From the IMG/VR virus record IMGVR_UViG_3300035696_000005, positions 1-64,000 of that record: DNA of 64,000 nt. One strand, written 5' to 3'. Within the stretch, counting starts at the first letter, position 1, and each line of letters opens with the position of its first letter. Below the pieces are notes generated by a model. It was not told the DNA's origin and did no database searches. It saw nothing but the letters and a program-made list of their open reading frames with translations. Origin of the DNA: a virus. Positions 1-10,166 of the stretch are shown piece after piece. A program made the position numbers and the translations under genes.

Positions 1-2166
1 GGCAACACAGCGATGGGTTATTTTTCACTAGAATCAGAGACGACTGGATTCTATAACACCGCAGTAGGACAGGGTGCGATGGTTAACGCTAGTAGTGGAA
101 ATTCTTATCTGACCGCTGTCGGTCATAACGCTTTAGCGAATGCGGTCGGTCTATCGTCGTCAACTGCTATGGGAACTTCCGCGTTGAATAATGATACTAC
201 AGGAGATCAAAATACCGCAGTTGGATACAGCGCATTGAATTCTGTTACAACAAGTTCATCCAACACAGCGGTTGGAAACACTTCTTTAGGAAATGTGACA
301 GGTGGTGCCGGTGGAAATACTGCAATAGGTTATGGAACTGGTTCCAGCATTGTGAATGGTGACGGCAATACATTTGTTGGCCAGAATGCTAATGCAACAG
401 GTGATTACACGAATGCGACAGCGATTGGTTATTCAGCGTCCGTTGGAGAAAGCAACGCACTGGTTCTAGGGATGTCTGGTACCAGCGTTGGCATTGGTGT
501 GACGACGCCGTCGTATTCATCTGAGCTGAATCTTGGAGCTGGGTCAACGACGGTCGCACCATTGATTGTGAATGCTGGGTCGATTCTTACGTCACCAGTA
601 GCAGGTGCGATAGAGTTTGATGGTACGTACTTGTACTACACGGACAGCACGCCGACGAGGCATATCCTAAGTGCGGCGAGTATTCCAGCATTCACTACAG
701 ATGCTGATTTTAACTTGTACGCAGGTGTTGGAACTCCAGCGCCGCTCAGTGGTTCGGATAACGAAGCGCTAGGATATCATTCGTTAAATAGCGTCACGAC
801 TGAAACGGATAATATTGCGATCGGATACGAAGCCGGTGCTGGCATTGCGAGCACTAACGGAAATATTGGAATAGGATCTGGTGCACTTCAATATGGTGCA
901 AATGCTACAGTAGCTGTCGGTTATGAAGCAGCTCAATATCAAATTAATGGTAGTAGTGGAGGTAACGTAGCTGTTGGATTTTATGCAATGCAAGGAAGTT
1001 CTACTCCTCCTTATTCAAATGTTAATAACAGTGTAGCTGTTGGCTGGAGATCAATGACTAGTATCTCAAATGGTACTAGTGGTAATGATACAGCTGTAGG
1101 AGCGTTTTCTGCGCTTAGTCTTACAGCAGACGCTGGAAATAATACAGCAATAGGTGAATCAGCACTTTTTAATGAGACTACTGGTGGTAATAATACCGCT
1201 GTAGGGTCGGGTGCTCTTACTCATGGTAGTGGAAATAATGGAATTACTGCTGTGGGTACTAATGCATTAACTAATATTAGTAGTGCTACATATAGTACAG
1301 CAGTAGGAACTAACGCCTTAGGTGCCGATACTTCTGGTGATGAAAACACTGCTGTTGGACAAGATGCGATGGATAATATTACCACTGGTGGATCTAATAC
1401 TGCAGTGGGAGTGCAGGCTTGGCAGTATGACGAGACAAGCTCGTACAACACTGCTGTGGGACAGTGGGCTGGTTACAACATGACGCCAGCTAATGGTGGT
1501 AATACAGCAATTGGTTATCAAGCTATGTGGGGGCAAAGTAGTGCGACTGGAGATTACAACACAGCAGTTGGGTGGAATGCTTTATATTTAATGGGATCTG
1601 GATCTGGCAACGTTGGTATCGGAGAGAGTGCTGGGGAGACACTTAGCAATCCTATCACCGGATCTAGTAACACTTTCATCGGCAATGCCTCTGGTACAGC
1701 TGATAGTCCAGCAACAGTGGCATATTCATTTATGACGGCACTTGGTGCTGGGTCTCTGGTTCAGACGCCGAATACGGTTGTGCTGGGAAGATCTACAGAT
1801 GCAGTGGTGGTTGGAACGAGCAGTGATGATGGAAATGGTTCGCATTTGCAGGTTACTGGCGGTGTTGAAGTGAATGGGCATGTTGCTACGACAGGAGCAA
1901 CACCATCGATTAGCTCTTGTGGGTCTGGAGCTACTATTACAGCATTGAGTACAGATGTGGCTGGATCAGTCACTATTGGATCGGGTACGAGTACCTGTAC
2001 GATAGATTTTACGAATGGTTGGACCAATGCCCCGCACTGTTTCGTGAATGATCGAACGTCAGCAGGGACACCAAGGGTAGCAACGCCAACGACAGCTGGT
2101 TTCGAAATTGTAGGCATTCCGGCTGGCGGAGATCTGATTGATTGGTACTGTATTGGTAATCAATAA
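1..2166 (+). CDS. Fibre/adhesin-like protein with NTAVG beta-roll repeats (5' partial)
   Basis: Frame is open from base 1 (GNTAMG...). Dozens of N-T-A-V/I-G-x-x-A repeats of the YadA/Hep-Hag type. C-terminal domain has 4 Cys. Confidence 0.75.
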   Translation, partial: GNTAMGYFSLESETTGFYNTAVGQGAMVNASSGNSYLTAVGHNALANAVGLSSSTAMGTSALNNDTTGDQNTAVGYSALNSVTTSSSNTAVGNTSLGNVTGGAGGNTAIGYGTGSSIVNGDGNTFVGQNANATGDYTNATAIGYSASVGESNALVLGMSGTSVGIGVTTPSYSSELNLGAGSTTVAPLIVNAGSILTSPVAGAIEFDGTYLYYTDSTPTRHILSAASIPAFTTDADFNLYAGVGTPAPLSGSDNEALGYHSLNSVTTETDNIAIGYEAGAGIASTNGNIGIGSGALQYGANATVAVGYEAAQYQINGSSGGNVAVGFYAMQGSSTPPYSNVNNSVAVGWRSMTSISNGTSGNDTAVGAFSALSLTADAGNNTAIGESALFNETTGGNNTAVGSGALTHGSGNNGITAVGTNALTNISSATYSTAVGTNALGADTSGDENTAVGQDAMDNITTGGSNTAVGVQAWQYDETSSYNTAVGQWAGYNMTPANGGNTAIGYQAMWGQSSATGDYNTAVGWNALYLMGSGSGNVGIGESAGETLSNPITGSSNTFIGNASGTADSPATVAYSFMTALGAGSLVQTPNTVVLGRSTDAVVVGTSSDDGNGSHLQVTGGVEVNGHVATTGATPSISSCGSGATITALSTDVAGSVTIGSGTSTCTIDFTNGWTNAPHCFVNDRTSAGTPRVATPTTAGFEIVGIPAGGDLIDWYCIGNQ

Positions 2167-2178
2167 GGAGAAATAAAA

Positions 2179-2574
2179 ATGAAAAAGTTGTTTCTGTTAG
2201 TATTACTATTCGCCAGTTCAGCTCAAGCGTGGCTTATCACCCCGCAGCCTTCTGGTTCGCCTTCACCTGCACCTTCGATCTCGGTTGCTCATCTGCAACA
2301 GCTCGAAGCGATGAAAATCAGAATGACTGTAAATCAGGATTTCAAACAGCTCACCAGGGACACGACGATGATGTTCAATGAGATATGGAACAACCCTAAA
2401 GGGCTCACCCCTCAGCAAGTCTTTACTGCTTTGGGAACTGATGCAGGAGCACTGCATGCTTTTTATTTGAATGAAGTATCGTTCCTAAATTCGGTTGTCG
2501 CAGGAACGATTACCCTGACTGAGCCACATTCTGTGACCGTTAACTCGGATGGCACAATCACGGTCGGTCCATAA
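2179..2574 (+). CDS. Secreted hypothetical protein
   Basis: AAGGAG RBS; signal peptide MKKLFLLVLLFASSAQA|W. Confidence 0.75.
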   Translation: MKKLFLLVLLFASSAQAWLITPQPSGSPSPAPSISVAHLQQLEAMKIRMTVNQDFKQLTRDTTMMFNEIWNNPKGLTPQQVFTALGTDAGALHAFYLNEVSFLNSVVAGTITLTEPHSVTVNSDGTITVGP

Positions 2575-2645
2575 CTCGTTTTATAGCCGTGGGCGGCTTT
2601 TCGAGATACAATTAAACATGTATTAAACTCACGAAGGAGCCGTCC

Positions 2646-2954
2646 ATGGCTAAAGAGCCCAAAGCCCCAGCCAGAAACACATCACCTATGATGCCGCATC
2701 TCACCGAAGTTAAAGTCCAAGTTGCTCGCGTAGAAGAACGACTCGTCAGTATGTGTGAGAAGCAGGAAAATATTGCCAAGGATATCTCCAATATTTCCAC
2801 TAAGCTAGATACTCATCAGCAAGCCGTTGAGCTCTATAAGGCGGATATCGATAAGTACAATACCGTCTACAAGAACGACAAGAAGTGGGCGATGGGCATT
2901 TTTGGCGTCCTTTACGGCATTGTGATTGCTTGGATAGAGTACCGATCTCGTTGA
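2646..2954 (+). CDS. Coiled-coil protein with C-terminal TM helix (holin/XhlA-like)
   Basis: AAGGAG RBS; heptad-like middle; WAMGIFGVLYGIVIAWI hydrophobic end. Confidence 0.5.
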   Translation: MAKEPKAPARNTSPMMPHLTEVKVQVARVEERLVSMCEKQENIAKDISNISTKLDTHQQAVELYKADIDKYNTVYKNDKKWAMGIFGVLYGIVIAWIEYRSR

Positions 2955-3024
2955 GTTTTATCCTTGAAGACAGCCACTTTTAGGCTATGCTATGATCAAC
3001 TTACCTATAGGAGGAAGTTAAATC

Positions 3025-3390
3025 ATGAGTGCTCTACCATTTCTGAACTCTGTTATTAGTTTTCTGATGACCGTTCCAACTGTTGGACCGGTTCTTATTA
3101 AGGTCCTGGATATTCTTTTGGCCGCTGCAGCAATTATCACCCCGCTTGTCGGTGTGTGGCGTGCAGTTGTTGCTTTGATGCAAGCTGCGGCTAAAGTCCC
3201 GGGGCTCGGCGGACTTTCCAATCTTGCCGCCAAGCTTACGGCGGATGACAATGCTGTTGAAGGGTTTGTGAACAACACTCTTCTTCCGATTGTCCAAGAT
3301 CTGAGCTTGATCTCGATTCCTTCGAGCTCCGGCTCTGCTCCTGCTCAGGCTGCCGCTCAGGCGAAAGCCCCCGATCAGGCAAAGAAGTAA
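3025..3390 (+). CDS. Small membrane protein (holin-like)
   Basis: GGAGG RBS; long hydrophobic N-terminal half. Confidence 0.5.
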   Translation: MSALPFLNSVISFLMTVPTVGPVLIKVLDILLAAAAIITPLVGVWRAVVALMQAAAKVPGLGGLSNLAAKLTADDNAVEGFVNNTLLPIVQDLSLISIPSSSGSAPAQAAAQAKAPDQAKK

Positions 3391-3430
3391 TGAGGTTCGG
3401 GGGGAACTGATCACTCCCCCCGAAAATCTA

Positions 3431-4432
3431 ATGAGACTCAAAGACTTAGTTCTCTCAATTTTTCTAGTCATTATTTTTCCAGCCTGCAGCTCTCTTCCAT
3501 ACCAAGACGACACTGGCTTCTCAAATTCATCCCAGGCAAATTCTCCTGAGTTTCCCATCTACATTGATAACCATCTTTGTAAAGACAACTCAGGTAAACC
3601 TGGCCTGTGCAGTAAGCGAGTTAAATCAACTGACACGATTCAGTTTCACATCGATGCGCAACAGTATGCTTACAATCTCGATGTCAGCTGCGAAAACCCT
3701 GTAAGCCCGCCCCCTTCTGTTTCCGTTCCTAAAGGGTCATCTCTCGACTTTTCTATGAAAGGTCCTTTTGGACTTCCAAGTTTTGTTTGTATCGGTGAGG
3801 TTTTTCCACAAGATAGACCGCAGCCTCTGAGTGCTAAATGGGAAATCAGAGTCACCCAAACTGATGCCCAAGATCCTGTGACCAATGCCGATCTTCTTTT
3901 AGTTGGTGGCGAGGACTGTCAGGACATGGATACTGGCGAAGGCTTCTGTAGTGTAAGAACAACCTCGGATACTGGGGTCGGGTTTATGATGAAGCCGCAA
4001 GCAAGTAACTACACACTTACCGTCTTGTGCTCTACGCCTGTTGTCCCGCCACCCACGGTTTCCGTTGCCGCAGGGGCTGTCGAGCAATTTAATATTGCGC
4101 CACCTTTCCCGGATGAAAGCTTTGTTTGCGTGGGAAAGATCGTTCCAACAACTGGATCAGCAATGATGTGGGACGTTCGAGTTGTTGTAACGGATAAAGC
4201 CTATAAAGATCGTGAATCCATTGAGTTTGTTACGGACAACGACGACACTTATCTTGTCTTAGGTCAATTTGCCAAATACTCTTGGGTCTTTGATGGAAAC
4301 AACTGGGGCAAGCACTCCAAAGACACCATGATCAAAGTCGATGACCCAACCCAAGTGAAGGCTTACAGTGAGAGCTTTGAAATGAGATACAACTACCTCA
4401 ACATGGACGCTCCTGTCCCAGAGGATAATTAA
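3431..4432 (+). CDS. Lipoprotein with two internal 4-Cys repeat domains
   Basis: MRLKDLVLSIFLVIIFPA|CSS lipobox-like; repeats LCK..LCS..SCE..VCI and DCQ..FCS..LCS..VCV. Confidence 0.65.
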   Translation: MRLKDLVLSIFLVIIFPACSSLPYQDDTGFSNSSQANSPEFPIYIDNHLCKDNSGKPGLCSKRVKSTDTIQFHIDAQQYAYNLDVSCENPVSPPPSVSVPKGSSLDFSMKGPFGLPSFVCIGEVFPQDRPQPLSAKWEIRVTQTDAQDPVTNADLLLVGGEDCQDMDTGEGFCSVRTTSDTGVGFMMKPQASNYTLTVLCSTPVVPPPTVSVAAGAVEQFNIAPPFPDESFVCVGKIVPTTGSAMMWDVRVVVTDKAYKDRESIEFVTDNDDTYLVLGQFAKYSWVFDGNNWGKHSKDTMIKVDDPTQVKAYSESFEMRYNYLNMDAPVPEDN

Positions 4433-4433
4433 G

Positions 4434-4748
4434 ATGGCTGACCCAACCCCAACCCCTACTCCTACCCCAACGCCAGCGCCTTTCGTCTTTGATTATACGG
4501 CTTACAATAACCCAGGTCTTACGGTGCAACAGCTCGACGCTCTGGCTACCGCTGTCTTTGCCCCCACGGGAACCGGTACGTTTGCCATGATCTTTGGTTC
4601 CATTAAGCTTGCTGTAGCAATTGCCTATATTTTCTGCAGAAGTAAGATGATTGATGAGCAATTACAGATCCAAAAACAGCAGTACGAAAACGCTCAGGAC
4701 GACAACAACCAAAACGAAGTGAACAATCAGAATCCCCCTGGGACTTGA
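4434..4748 (+). CDS. Small membrane protein with PT repeat
   Basis: PTPTPTPTPTP N-terminus; one hydrophobic helix. Confidence 0.6.
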   Translation: MADPTPTPTPTPTPAPFVFDYTAYNNPGLTVQQLDALATAVFAPTGTGTFAMIFGSIKLAVAIAYIFCRSKMIDEQLQIQKQQYENAQDDNNQNEVNNQNPPGT

Positions 4749-4786
4749 GCTTACTAGTATGATATCCTAGCTTTAGGAGATAAAAC

Positions 4787-5215
4787 ATGTCTGGACCCAC
4801 GATAATCTATTTCGGCGCGTCACCCACCACAATCATCTTTCAATCTTCTACAAACTTTAATGGGACCGCTCAGACCGGCACCCCGACTCTCAGCCCTGGG
4901 GTTTATGTCTTCCCCGTTCAAGCAGCTGGTGGACTTTACAACATGCACGAGTTGCTTGGTAACGGTGATCCCATCACAGTGCTTAATATCAACTACACAG
5001 GTGGCGGGACACTTGAAGTAGAGCGTGTCTTAGATATCGTTCCTGGCGACCCAACCTCAACCGTCGGAACGATCAGTGGAAGCGGGGATCTTCAATTTAA
5101 ACCAGGAGAGCTTGTTCTCAATAAGGGCATTCAACTTAGCCTCTCATCATCCGGTGCAACTAACCCGGTCGTCGCGATCACCGCAATGCTTTCTTCGGCG
5201 GGCTGGGTGGCTTAA
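4787..5215 (+). CDS. Hypothetical beta-rich, probably virion protein
   Basis: AGGAG RBS; beta-strand-like composition; structural context. Confidence 0.6.
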   Translation: MSGPTIIYFGASPTTIIFQSSTNFNGTAQTGTPTLSPGVYVFPVQAAGGLYNMHELLGNGDPITVLNINYTGGGTLEVERVLDIVPGDPTSTVGTISGSGDLQFKPGELVLNKGIQLSLSSSGATNPVVAITAMLSSAGWVA

Positions 5216-5217
5216 TC

Positions 5218-5811
5218 ATGAGTGCCTACCAGAACAGACCCTGGGAGACAACCGTCTACCTATCGCTTGCGGGCTCTCCTGTAACAGGGATTCTGTACAC
5301 TCAGATCACCGTCAACTACAAACAGTTTGGGCAAACCGCTTTCACGACACGAACGCTTCTAGCAGCTGACTGGATCGAGCTTGGAAATGGCTACTATACA
5401 TTGGATTGGGAAAGTACCTTCTTAAGTACACTTGGACCCTTCGTTTACGTGATCACTGGTGCTGGTCTCTTTAATCAAGTCTTTGGCGAATTTGATGTTG
5501 ATCCGCAACCTGTATCTTTCCTCACCCCACCTGATCTCTGTGTCGTTACGGGAAATATTACAGATATCGGTGGGAAACCAGGCATTCACCGCACCGTCAG
5601 CTTCCGCCCACCTGAGTTCCCAGTCATTGTTGGTACTACTGTCGTTGACGCGGATAAGGTTTATACAAATCCCGACTATATGGGAAACTTCTCCGTCGCT
5701 CTGATCCAAGGGCAGACTGTTCTTGTTGAGATCGACCGCACCGGTATCTATACCCAAATCACGATTCCCATGGCTCCCACAGCCAACCTCACTGATCTAC
5801 TTCCTCTCTAA
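5218..5811 (+). CDS. Probable virion protein with C-terminal carboxypeptidase-regulatory-like sandwich
   Basis: C-terminal CVVTGNITD...GNFSVALIQGQTV resembles CTVEGRVID...GRWSMPLIQGKRL of 14341..15210. Confidence 0.55.
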   Translation: MSAYQNRPWETTVYLSLAGSPVTGILYTQITVNYKQFGQTAFTTRTLLAADWIELGNGYYTLDWESTFLSTLGPFVYVITGAGLFNQVFGEFDVDPQPVSFLTPPDLCVVTGNITDIGGKPGIHRTVSFRPPEFPVIVGTTVVDADKVYTNPDYMGNFSVALIQGQTVLVEIDRTGIYTQITIPMAPTANLTDLLPL

Positions 5812-5825
5812 TAGCTAAAGAAATT

Positions 5826-5851
5826 GGCAGGCCCCGTCGACGGGGCCTGCC
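5826..5851. terminator. 26-bp perfect palindrome between convergent genes
   Basis: GGCAGGCCCC-GTCGAC-GGGGCCTGCC. Confidence 0.65.
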
Positions 5852-5955
5852 TGATAGCTACTTGACTCGCTGTTAACGTTAACTACTTCAACATTGCGGG
5901 AACACACTTTAATTCCCCCCGCAAAGGAAATACTTCTTTTGTAGTACAGCTTGTC

Positions 5956-6456
5956 TTACGAAGCCTGTCTGTCGAACGGAACGACGTTATCTCGCCTCTT
6001 GCTTGGCCTTGCAGGTGCTGCTGCCGTTGTTTCCGAAAATGGATTGGATTCCGTTCCAGGAATCTCTTCATTCGGAGCAGCTCCTTCAAACAGCCTCGGG
6101 ATATAGGCAGCACCCAAAGCAAACAATCCAACACCGACTGCAGTCGATGCGACGTTGCTCAGGATGACTCTCCAATCGGTTGCGATCCTCCGGGCTACTG
6201 CGTTCGGAAGATCTTGCAAACGCTTTTGGACGACCAGATCTCGTGCGAGTGAGACGATGAAAAGCTCGATGTCCTCGCCACTTTTCCCCTCAAGCTCGCG
6301 CTTGAAACGTTTCAAAACAGGTTCAGAAATATCTCGTGCGACTTGCGCCACTTCTTCGAGTTCGCGCTCGGTGAACTCCTTAAGATCTTGAGACTTGCTG
6401 AGTTGTTCCAATTCTTCTTTGACGGCTTTTGCTTCGGTGTTGTTTGCGTTGCTCAT
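5956..6456 (-). CDS. Hypothetical protein with TM segment
   Basis: AAGGA RBS before MSNANN; hydrophobic VASTAVGVGLFALGAAYI. Confidence 0.7.
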   Translation of the reverse strand: MSNANNTEAKAVKEELEQLSKSQDLKEFTERELEEVAQVARDISEPVLKRFKRELEGKSGEDIELFIVSLARDLVVQKRLQDLPNAVARRIATDWRVILSNVASTAVGVGLFALGAAYIPRLFEGAAPNEEIPGTESNPFSETTAAAPARPSKRRDNVVPFDRQAS

Positions 6457-6501
6457 AACTAATGTCCTTTTAGTGAAAGCTTGCAAATAGCTACCTTGAT
6501 T

Positions 6502-6527
6502 CTTATAACAGGAATCCCAGGTTTTTT
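6502..6527 (-). promoter_or_regulatory. AAA-N-G-N-TATAAG promoter-like motif
   Basis: Minus strand GCAAAAAACCTGGGATTCCTGT-TATAAG upstream of the 6456 gene. Confidence 0.55.
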
Positions 6528-6562
6528 GCTGTGCAGCATTATGATAAGCTTTTTGCTGAGGT

Positions 6563-6591
6563 GCGCGTAAAATGGTATCCTTAGAGGGATT
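6563..6591 (+). promoter_or_regulatory. Approximate sigma70-like promoter region
   Basis: TTGCTG-17 nt-TATCCT just upstream of the GAGGAG RBS. Confidence 0.4.
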
Positions 6592-6608
6592 AATTGAGGA
6601 GACTGAGC

Positions 6609-7721
6609 ATGGCTCTAGTTCATCAGATTGTTGATTTTGTTGACGATATCAATCGGAGTATTCTGAAGGAGGCGGCTGCCAATATCCCAGCACACCTCAA
6701 AGATGCCAAGATCCTCACCGCTGAGGAAAGAGAAAGGCTTGAGCCCGAGCAGTTTGCTCTCGTGATGAGAACCAAAGAAGCTCAGGTTCTAAAGAAATTT
6801 CCAGTGAATGATGAAGCCAATACATGGCTCTCTTGCCGCTACTTTGAGAAGACCTCTGAACAGCTTCCTTACGTGGCTCAGAAGGTTGCGGCAACTCACT
6901 TGAAACGCGCCTGCGATATTTACGGGCTTGAGTCCCATGAGGCAATCAATAAGCTTGCTTCCAATGAGATCAAAACCAACCGCTATGACGAAGTAAAGAG
7001 CTGGACTGAAGATCGCCTTCACAAGCAATCCGTAAAGCTTGCCAAAGTAGAGCATGATGGCTCCAAGCACTTTTATGCTTTGGGTAACCATTACGCCATG
7101 CCTAATCCAGAGTACGTAAAGAAGGCTGCAGCCTATTTCGTAGATCATCTGAAAGAGTTTTCAGATGCTGAAGATCGCTCAGTGTTCGCCGAGAACGTCA
7201 GAGCCCGCGCCAAAGAACTTGAGGTCTCGCTTGAAAAGAAAGCCGAAGAGTCTCTTAGGGCTTACGCAAGTGATGCTTACGGCGATCTGATTGGAACTCA
7301 GCTTAAACTTCGTGAGGAGCTCCTATCATTCAAACCTGAGATGAGCCAGGCTCTTTCTAAGCTTGCAGCTCACCGTGCGGATACTGATCCACAGACTTTC
7401 GCTAAAGCACTCTTTCTCTTTGATAAGAAGGCAGGTCTTACACGCTATTACGACGGTTTCCTAAGCGATGCGTTTAAAGCAACCTTTGGAACTATGTTCT
7501 CAAAGAAAGCTTCTGAGTATAGCTGGGAAGACGAGGGCTCGGGCCTTTCAATTAACGCCAAAGATCTTGAAAAGGCAGCCGATGCTAAGTATGAAAAGAT
7601 CAAAGGCTACTTTGGATCTACCGTTGCTGATCAACTCAAGAAGCACGCAGTCTCTATTTTTGAATCTCTCCCCAAAGACGCAAAGGAAACGATTATCAAG
7701 ATCGCTAAAGGAGCCCTGTAA
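6609..7721 (+). CDS. Hypothetical, probable head/internal virion protein
   Basis: GAGGAG RBS; several K-x-A motifs (ILKEAA, FSKKAS, LEKAAD). Confidence 0.7.
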   Translation: MALVHQIVDFVDDINRSILKEAAANIPAHLKDAKILTAEERERLEPEQFALVMRTKEAQVLKKFPVNDEANTWLSCRYFEKTSEQLPYVAQKVAATHLKRACDIYGLESHEAINKLASNEIKTNRYDEVKSWTEDRLHKQSVKLAKVEHDGSKHFYALGNHYAMPNPEYVKKAAAYFVDHLKEFSDAEDRSVFAENVRARAKELEVSLEKKAEESLRAYASDAYGDLIGTQLKLREELLSFKPEMSQALSKLAAHRADTDPQTFAKALFLFDKKAGLTRYYDGFLSDAFKATFGTMFSKKASEYSWEDEGSGLSINAKDLEKAADAKYEKIKGYFGSTVADQLKKHAVSIFESLPKDAKETIIKIAKGAL

Positions 7722-8582
7722 TTGAGCAGTTTTTTTCCGCCCCCAAAAAAGAAGAAAGAGGGCGTATTCGAGCAGACTAAAAGACATTTGGGACTTCTGA
7801 AAAGCACAGTTCAGGTAGGCGAAGCTGCTATTTCCAAAAATCCTGAAAAAGCCATGCAGCAACTTGTAGTAGCTGGTCTTAAGATGGCTGAAGAGATCCC
7901 TTTCTACAATCCAGCCGTAAACCCTCTTAAGCTCATCGATGGACTAAAGACCCTTGGTATCGGAGCTCTCGCCTGGTCCCCTGAGACTTTGATGGCAGCT
8001 ATTGATCGCAAATACCACAATTGGTCAGATGATGAAGTAGCTAACGCGCTAGAGCACTTCCACAAGACTGGAACTCTGAAGACTGATGTTCCGCAACTAG
8101 TTCGTGAAAAGATCTATGCCATTCGAGTCATCTCCACTTCGAACACAGCCCAGACTGAGTGGCATGTCTTTGAAAAGATTGGCGGAGCTTTCAATGATCG
8201 GGTAGCTCAGTTTGGAACACTCGAACCACTGAGCGCCGCTGAGTGTGCGAAGACCGTGGCTCTGATTGAAACCATTAGACCAGATACCTACGAGAATGAG
8301 ATAAAGATCTATATCGCAGCGAGCTGCTTCTCAGACGGACTTTATACTGTAGATCCTGTAAAATGGTTGGCAATAGCAGAGACCTATTTACAGCAGATGA
8401 ACTTTGAATCAACGGGTGAGCACGTTGATCCGACTATAAAAACAAAGATCTTGGATGCGCTGAACACATACCGGGCTTACAAGACAACGGTCAGAGAAGT
8501 TCCAGACGAATTAGCCGCTGTCCAAGCATCGAAGCTTCTCGCTATTGAAGAGTATGTAGACGAAGCGCTCAAAGAAGCTTAA
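7722..8582 (+). CDS. Hypothetical protein
   Basis: 286-aa ORF abutting the previous stop (TTG start). Confidence 0.7.
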   Translation: MSSFFPPPKKKKEGVFEQTKRHLGLLKSTVQVGEAAISKNPEKAMQQLVVAGLKMAEEIPFYNPAVNPLKLIDGLKTLGIGALAWSPETLMAAIDRKYHNWSDDEVANALEHFHKTGTLKTDVPQLVREKIYAIRVISTSNTAQTEWHVFEKIGGAFNDRVAQFGTLEPLSAAECAKTVALIETIRPDTYENEIKIYIAASCFSDGLYTVDPVKWLAIAETYLQQMNFESTGEHVDPTIKTKILDALNTYRAYKTTVREVPDELAAVQASKLLAIEEYVDEALKEA

Positions 8583-8591
8583 GGAGAGCTC

Positions 8592-10166
8592 ATGCGAAAG
8601 TGGATCTCGATCGCAGCAATTTTTTTAAACCTGATTCGCGCTGCCCACGCAGATACTCCTCCCGGACGGGATTTGCATGCTTGGGCTTTCGACTCTGTTG
8701 GTAATGGAATCACAAGCACTCCGTCACTGATTCTTTATCCCGGTCACACAGGACTTGACGTAAATATTCTTAATCAATCCACGCTTCCGGCTAACCAAGG
8801 CTTGCCTACTACAATCGGCAATGCCTGGCCCTTTTATCTAACCAACTCACTGGGCACTGTAGCTGCAGGAGTCACCAATGCTGGTGCTCTCAAAGTGGAC
8901 GGTAGTGCAGTCACACAGCCTGTTTCAGGACTGGTCAGTATCGGAAACTTTCCAGCGACACTTGGGGTTACCCAGTCTACATCTCCGTGGGTTGTCAGTG
9001 GATCTGTGGCCGTCAATAATTTTCCACTCTCGTTCATCGTTAACCAGGGTACAAACCCATGGACGGTTACTGGAAGCGTAAGTATCAGCAGCATCTCCGG
9101 AATAGTAGGCGTAACCCAGTCAACGAGTCCTTGGGTCGTCAGCGGAACTGTAACGAGTAATATTGGTACGACAGGAGGACTCGCTCTAGATAGTAGCCTT
9201 ACGCCTATTGCGAACTCAGTGAATAGTATCAATACCAAGCTGGGCTCGCTTGGACAAAAAAATATGGCGGGGTCCGCACCTGTGGTTATTGCCTCAGACC
9301 AAAGTGCGCTAACCGTTACTGGGTCGCTGGGTAGAACATGGATGTTATCAAGCGCTACAGACTCTGTGAGTATCAGTAACTTTCCTGGCACGCTTGCTGT
9401 CACTCAATCAACTAGCCCTTGGGTAGTTTCAGGAACAGTAACAGCAAATATTGGCACAACTGGCGGTTTGGCACTCGATAGTTCTCTTACGCCGATTGCA
9501 AACTCAGTGAATAGTATCAATACCAAGCTGGGCTCGCTTGGACAAAAAAATATGGCTGGCTCGGCACCCGTTGTTATCGCCTCAGATCAAAGTGCTGTCC
9601 CTATTTCCGCAACTTCACTACCACTTCCGACGGATGCGGCAACGTCTGCTAATCAACTTACAGAGATTTCTGATCTAGGAACCATTAATACTAGTTTAGG
9701 GACCATCAACAGCACACTCGGTAGCCCGTTCCAAGCTGGCGGTTCTATCGGGAACACTTCGTTTATTGCGACTCAAACTAGTGGTGCAAATCTCCACGTA
9801 GATGTTGACAGTACTCCGTCTATACCTAGCGGTTCCAATCCTATCGGTTATCTGAGCGGTAGAGGAGTTGTTTCAACATTTACCCAGAACTACTCTACAA
9901 ATTTAAGTACCTCTGCGTTTACCACTATCATAACCAGCACTGCCGCCACGATAAACGAGATCGACATTTGGGATAACTCCGGATTGGATTATTATCTCGC
10001 CTATGCGTCTACTTGTGGGGCTCTCTCAACCGCATCTAATGCCATTATCATAAGTCCTGGCGGCGGCGGTAAAGACTTTCAAATACCGAGCGGTAACTGC
10101 GTTGGATTTGAAGCCAAAACTTCCAACATAACTTCAGGGTACGTCAATATGACGTTTTACCAATGA
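8592..10166 (+). CDS. Secreted repeat protein (fibre-like)
   Basis: Signal peptide ..AAHA|D; VTQSTSPWVVSG repeats; 96-aa internal duplication. Confidence 0.75.
   Translation: MRKWISIAAIFLNLIRAAHADTPPGRDLHAWAFDSVGNGITSTPSLILYPGHTGLDVNILNQSTLPANQGLPTTIGNAWPFYLTNSLGTVAAGVTNAGALKVDGSAVTQPVSGLVSIGNFPATLGVTQSTSPWVVSGSVAVNNFPLSFIVNQGTNPWTVTGSVSISSISGIVGVTQSTSPWVVSGTVTSNIGTTGGLALDSSLTPIANSVNSINTKLGSLGQKNMAGSAPVVIASDQSALTVTGSLGRTWMLSSATDSVSISNFPGTLAVTQSTSPWVVSGTVTANIGTTGGLALDSSLTPIANSVNSINTKLGSLGQKNMAGSAPVVIASDQSAVPISATSLPLPTDAATSANQLTEISDLGTINTSLGTINSTLGSPFQAGGSIGNTSFIATQTSGANLHVDVDSTPSIPSGSNPIGYLSGRGVVSTFTQNYSTNLSTSAFTTIITSTAATINEIDIWDNSGLDYYLAYASTCGALSTASNAIIISPGGGGKDFQIPSGNCVGFEAKTSNITSGYVNMTFYQ
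9213..9556 (+). repeat. 56-bp exact direct repeat (9213-9268 and 9501-9556) within a 288-bp-period duplication
   Basis: AACTCAGTGAATAGTATCAATACCAAGCTGGGCTCGCTTGGACAAAAAAATATGGC occurs twice. Confidence 0.9.

Noticed and set aside
5826-5851. Perfect palindrome as a cos or recombination site
   Set aside because: Its position between convergent stop codons is adequately explained by a terminator hairpin.
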